Source: Negativicutes bacterium | GTDB lineage: Bacteria > Bacillota > Negativicutes > JBAXTZ01 | Reading direction: 5' to 3' | NCBI GenBank assembly: GCA_041666525.1 | Contig: JBAYGT010000001.1 | Location: forward strand, 196,157 to 260,156 | DNA: 64,000 bases | Shown here: positions 60,425 through 64,000 of the stretch, one piece after another | Position numbering within the stretch: the stretch's first letter is position 1 | Layout: each line of letters begins with the position of its first letter | Notes under the pieces: model-generated | What the model was told of the DNA's origin: nothing | Databases searched by the model: none | Seen by the model: only the letters and a program-made list of their open reading frames with translations | Translations under genes and position numbers: made by a program

Positions 60425-61075
60425 TTGAACGAGTTTTTAACTTCAACAATTTTTGTTGTATTAGCTGAAATGGGAGACAAAACCCAGTTACTGGCGATGG
60501 CGTTTGCAACACAATTTAATTGGAAGATTGTAATGTGGGGAGTATTTGTAGCTACCCTGCTCAACCATTTTCTCGCAGTATTGGCTGGTTCATATTTGAC
60601 AAATTTTATTCCAATAAGTTATATTCAAATAATTGCGGCCTATTCATTTATCCTGTTCGGGTTGTGGACAATTCGCGGTGATGAATTAAACGATGAAGAC
60701 AAAAAATCCCGGTTTAATCCGTTTTGGACGGTAGCAATTGCTTTTTTCATTGCCGAAATGGGCGACAAAACCCAACTTGCAACCATCGCGCTGGCCGCAA
60801 AATATAACTCGATTCTTTTTGTTTGGATGGGTACAACAACCGGCATGATGATTGCCGACGCATTTGGTATCATAATCGGCATCGTCCTTGGCAAGCAAAT
60901 CCCAGAACGCGCCGTTAAGTGGTTTGCAACAATAATATTTGTGTTATTTGGCATTTACGGAATTTATGAATATTTACCCTTGAGTGCCTGGAAATTCCCG
61001 GTAATTGTAGCAACAATCATCACAACTGCAATAGCAGCAATGTGGCTGACACGCGTACAGCAGGAGACAAAATGA
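60425..61075 (+). CDS. UPF0016 / TMEM165-GDT1-family cation (Mn2+/Ca2+) transporter
   Basis: Two E-x-G-D-K-T motifs (LAEMGDKTQ, IAEMGDKTQ); TTG start 60425 with RBS GGAGG; the track ATG 60389 lies inside the terminator stem. Confidence 0.75.
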   Translation: MNEFLTSTIFVVLAEMGDKTQLLAMAFATQFNWKIVMWGVFVATLLNHFLAVLAGSYLTNFIPISYIQIIAAYSFILFGLWTIRGDELNDEDKKSRFNPFWTVAIAFFIAEMGDKTQLATIALAAKYNSILFVWMGTTTGMMIADAFGIIIGIVLGKQIPERAVKWFATIIFVLFGIYGIYEYLPLSAWKFPVIVATIITTAIAAMWLTRVQQETK

Positions 61076-61088
61076 AAAAGAGCTTAGT

Positions 61089-61178
61089 ATCAATATTGGC
61101 GATGTCCGGGTATCTATCGGTTTGGAAGATACCGAGGATTTACTCACCGATATTGACACAGTGCTTACGGAACTATAA
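61089..61178 (+). pseudogene. 3'-terminal relic of a Cys/Met-metabolism PLP-dependent enzyme gene (MetB/MetC/MGL family)
   Basis: In-frame INIGDVRVSIGLEDTEDLLTDIDTVLTEL* matches the family C-terminal consensus (LIRLSVGIED.DDLI.DL.QAL); no upstream body. Confidence 0.55.
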
Positions 61179-61227
61179 TCAATAACTGTTTTCAAAAAAA
61201 TCTAAACTCAAAAATCGGAAGTTAAAT

Positions 61228-62145
61228 ATGACATCAACACCTGAAAGAAAACTGTTTGGTTACTCGGCTTGGGGGTTATCTAATCTATTCTTCATCTACA
61301 TCGTTTGGAGCAGCACTTACCTCGCGATGGCCATTATGGTCGATCCGATTGACGGACTGCCGCCGTTTTGGGCTGGTGGTTTCCGGCTGGCCAGCGGCGG
61401 AATTATTCTTTTGGTAATCGCTTTGGCGCTCGGAAAATCAATTTTAGTCGGCTGGAAAAATCTGAGACATATCGCAATTTCCGCGATTGCGCTCTGGGTG
61501 TTTGGTAACAGTCTGGTAATGTTCGCGTTATCGCGTAATCTTGACACCGGAATTACCGCTGTTATTATCGGAACCACGCCCATCTGGTCAATTGTCGTTG
61601 ATACAATCTGGTCCGGCAACCGGTTATCCAAACGCATAATTGCGTCATTAGTTGCCGGAACGCTTGGTATTTTCATTTTGAATATTCCCAATCTTAACGG
61701 CAGTGTCGATGTTTTTAGCTTGATGGCAGTAATTGTCTCGGCGATTTCCTGGGGCAGCGGCACTGTGTATCAGTCCAGAAAATGCGCCCGGTTGCATCCG
61801 GCACTGCTGGGCGGCTGGCAACAATTGTTCGGCGCAGTCGGTTACTTCATCCTTTCGCTTTTGTTCACTGAACATTTGCATCCGATCACTTTCGCTGCAA
61901 TGTTTGCTATGTCATATCTCATTATCATTGCCTCGGTTGCCGCAATGCTGGCATATATTATTGCAGTGAACAAGCTGCCAATCGCTGTGGTTATGAGCTA
62001 CGCCTATGTCAACCCAGTATTCGCACTTGTCCTCGGACATTTTTTCAACAGTGAAACCATTTCCGTTTACACAATAGTTGGTACTCTTGTTATCGTGCTT
62101 GGCGTAGTCGGCATCTTCTATAACAAAAGCCACCGCGACGGATAA
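61228..62145 (+). CDS. EamA/DMT-superfamily transporter
   Basis: 305 aa, about 10 TM helices, two EamA repeats. Confidence 0.75.
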   Translation: MTSTPERKLFGYSAWGLSNLFFIYIVWSSTYLAMAIMVDPIDGLPPFWAGGFRLASGGIILLVIALALGKSILVGWKNLRHIAISAIALWVFGNSLVMFALSRNLDTGITAVIIGTTPIWSIVVDTIWSGNRLSKRIIASLVAGTLGIFILNIPNLNGSVDVFSLMAVIVSAISWGSGTVYQSRKCARLHPALLGGWQQLFGAVGYFILSLLFTEHLHPITFAAMFAMSYLIIIASVAAMLAYIIAVNKLPIAVVMSYAYVNPVFALVLGHFFNSETISVYTIVGTLVIVLGVVGIFYNKSHRDG

Positions 62146-62182
62146 TCCGCGTGGTGGTTTCGTTTTACAAAGTAAGCGATCG

Positions 62183-63586
62183 TTACTCCTGCCAATAAAC
62201 CTCAGTTTTTACTTTAGAAAGCAGTTTTCCCAACTCTTTCCGGGTTATTTTTGCGCAATCCGCATCAAAAGCCGTCAACATTTCGGCAGCAGCATCTGTG
62301 TCACCGGCTTGGTACAGCGCCTCGACCGCCTTTTCATTTATTCTGCACTGTTGCATAAACTGCTGTTCATATTGCTGCCAGTCGGCTGCGATTGCCGGTT
62401 GCAGACTGCTGTATTTTAGATCTGACAATCGCGCCAGTTCAGTGAATTGCCAGTAAGCGGAATTGTTTTTATAGACGGCAGATGCCTGAGAATACCATGC
62501 TGCAACTGAAGTATCCTGTAAATGGAACGGCAGATATATTCCGGTTGCCGGATTTGCCATACAAGTCCACATGCAAAGCGACTGTGGCATTTTTTTTGCA
62601 TTCAGCGCAACCATCGCGCTGATTTCGGTTTCCATATTGGCTATAGTGTAATATTCATTGTGAAACGGCGAACCGTTGGCATCAGTAATATAGTACTCAG
62701 TGCCGGCATAGACATCGCGCATCATCGCCGCTAAATCGCTGATACTGATCTTCGATTTCTGTGCAAGCAACGCGTCCAGGCGCTGCTGTCTGAGCACATT
62801 GAATTTACCGTTGTTTCGTTCCGGTTCCGTGTAAGCATCTTTAAAACTGAAAGCGCCGCCGCTATACCAGCCTTTTTCTTTAGCATAATCAACGATTTTG
62901 GCGGAAAACAGCCAGTTAGCACTGTCGTGAAAATCAATTTCGGCAATTCTGAAGGCATTGGCGCGCATTATCGCTTCATTGTCGCCAACACGTTTCGCCG
63001 CCCACTGCCCGGGACCAGCGATCTCCATCCACCAGCCTTCTTCGGCATCGGCAATCGCCATCATTGTCGCGGAATCGCCGCTCAAACCATATTGTTCTAC
63101 GAGAGCGCCGAGCATCTTGACAGTATCACGCGCCGTCACTCCCCGTTCCAGCGCCAGTTGCGTCAGTTCAGTCCAGATAATTCCGCCAGGATTTTTGTAT
63201 GCGACACTTTCTTCATAAGTTTTAATTCCACGCAGATAAGCCGTATTGTTCGTTGCTGCAAGCTTATTTTCATTAACTCCAAAAGTATAATCGCCGGGAT
63301 AAAATGACTTTTCAAAAATGCTGGTGGCAACAAACCGAAACGATTGCTGCGATTGATTTATATTTGTACCGTTAAATAGTTGCAGTTTGTCACCCGGCTT
63401 CCATTGCTGCCGTTTGTTAATTACTACTTTATGCGCAGCATTTTCGCCAAGGTCTTCGTTGTGAATGACCAGCACCGAGCCGTCCGTACTGCGATTCTTA
63501 CCAACAATTACCGTCGTGCAGGCAAGAACTGCAGTGAAATTTTGTAGTAGGAACAATGCCAATAGTAACATAACGAGATACTTCAT
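62183..63586 (-). CDS. C69-family dipeptidase (secreted)
   Basis: Signal peptide then mature protein beginning ...ACTTVIVGK (N-terminal nucleophile Cys of C69/Ntn); 467 aa. Confidence 0.75.
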   Translation of the reverse strand: MKYLVMLLLALFLLQNFTAVLACTTVIVGKNRSTDGSVLVIHNEDLGENAAHKVVINKRQQWKPGDKLQLFNGTNINQSQQSFRFVATSIFEKSFYPGDYTFGVNENKLAATNNTAYLRGIKTYEESVAYKNPGGIIWTELTQLALERGVTARDTVKMLGALVEQYGLSGDSATMMAIADAEEGWWMEIAGPGQWAAKRVGDNEAIMRANAFRIAEIDFHDSANWLFSAKIVDYAKEKGWYSGGAFSFKDAYTEPERNNGKFNVLRQQRLDALLAQKSKISISDLAAMMRDVYAGTEYYITDANGSPFHNEYYTIANMETEISAMVALNAKKMPQSLCMWTCMANPATGIYLPFHLQDTSVAAWYSQASAVYKNNSAYWQFTELARLSDLKYSSLQPAIAADWQQYEQQFMQQCRINEKAVEALYQAGDTDAAAEMLTAFDADCAKITRKELGKLLSKVKTEVYWQE

Positions 63587-63696
63587 CTATAATTTCCTCG
63601 CATAAAATTATTTTGTCATTAATAACCAATCCAGACCGCCATACACAATGCCAGCGAACAACCAATCAAATATATAACCTAACGGATCGACATTTC

Positions 63697-64000
63697 TCAA
63701 TCTCCCATAACATTTAGCAGCTTCAACGCGGCCAGCGTCATAACGGACGAACCGTGCAACAGGGCCTTTTCGTCAATATCAAAGCGCGGATGATGCAAAG
63801 GACAATCCTTGCCTGTTAAGCTGTCAGCGCACCCCACCCAAATAAAACAGCCGGGCGCCTCACGCTGATAATAAGAAAAATCCTCACTCGCCAGATACGG
63901 ACGGCACTCAAGAACGTTTTCTGCACCTAATAATATTTGCCCGGCCGATTGAACGACTTTAGCAACAGCATTATCGTTTATTACCGGAAGATAACCGGGA
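63697..64000 (-). CDS. M20D-family amidohydrolase (hippurate hydrolase / N-acyl-amino-acid amidohydrolase-like), C-terminal part; start beyond window
   Basis: Reverse translation ...ENVLECRPYLASEDFSYYQREAPGCFIWVGCAD...CPLHHPRFDIDEKALLHGSSVMTLAALKLLNVMGD* with stop at compl. 63699..63697. Confidence 0.6.
   Translation of the reverse strand, partial: PGYLPVINDNAVAKVVQSAGQILLGAENVLECRPYLASEDFSYYQREAPGCFIWVGCADSLTGKDCPLHHPRFDIDEKALLHGSSVMTLAALKLLNVMGD

Overview
This 64 kb window is a dense chromosomal core segment, mostly transcribed on the minus strand. It appears to come from a Firmicutes-type genome with a diderm (Negativicutes-like) envelope. The envelope call rests on two tandem beta-barrel outer-membrane proteins with C-terminal aromatic residues, an O-antigen-ligase-family gene and LPP20-type lipoproteins. 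Its main blocks, in window order, are:
- A cell-wall/phospho-signalling cassette, pknB-pbpA-rodA-PP2C-fhaB-fhaA, fused to def-fmt-DUF116-rsmB.
- fba, then infC-rpmI-rplT and a five-tRNA operon (Leu-Cys-Gly-Phe-Asp) with a consensus sigma-70 promoter.
- An unassigned 583-aa protein whose C-terminal half carries an HprK-like P-loop.
- rplM-rpsI, ferritin, an NlpC/P60 hydrolase, oppA and yajC.
- deoD, a DedA-family gene and mtgA.
- The classic run aspS-hisS-hemZ-like-fur-perM-MBL-dtd-relA-apt-recJ-ynbB.
- accC and gdh.
- A sugar/PRD-like island and an outer-membrane-protein locus.
- An [FeFe]-hydrogenase maturation operon: TM1266-like regulator, aspartase-like, hydF, hydE, hydG, yitT.
- A Mn2+ (yybP-ykoY) riboswitch controlling a UPF0016 transporter, followed by a 30-codon relic of a Cys/Met PLP-enzyme gene.
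- An EamA transporter, a C69 dipeptidase and a partial M20 amidohydrolase.
I found no transposases, integrases, CRISPR arrays or prophage genes. The most unusual elements are:
- The HprK-like 583-aa orphan.
- The outer-membrane-protein/secreted-protein locus with a tandem 25-bp operator-like repeat.
- The riboswitch module with its adjacent gene relic.
- An infC attenuator-like leader.
- The actinobacterial-style FHA/PP2C/SEDS/PBP/STPK cassette.
All coordinates and calls come from reading the sequence and the six-frame track, with no database searches.
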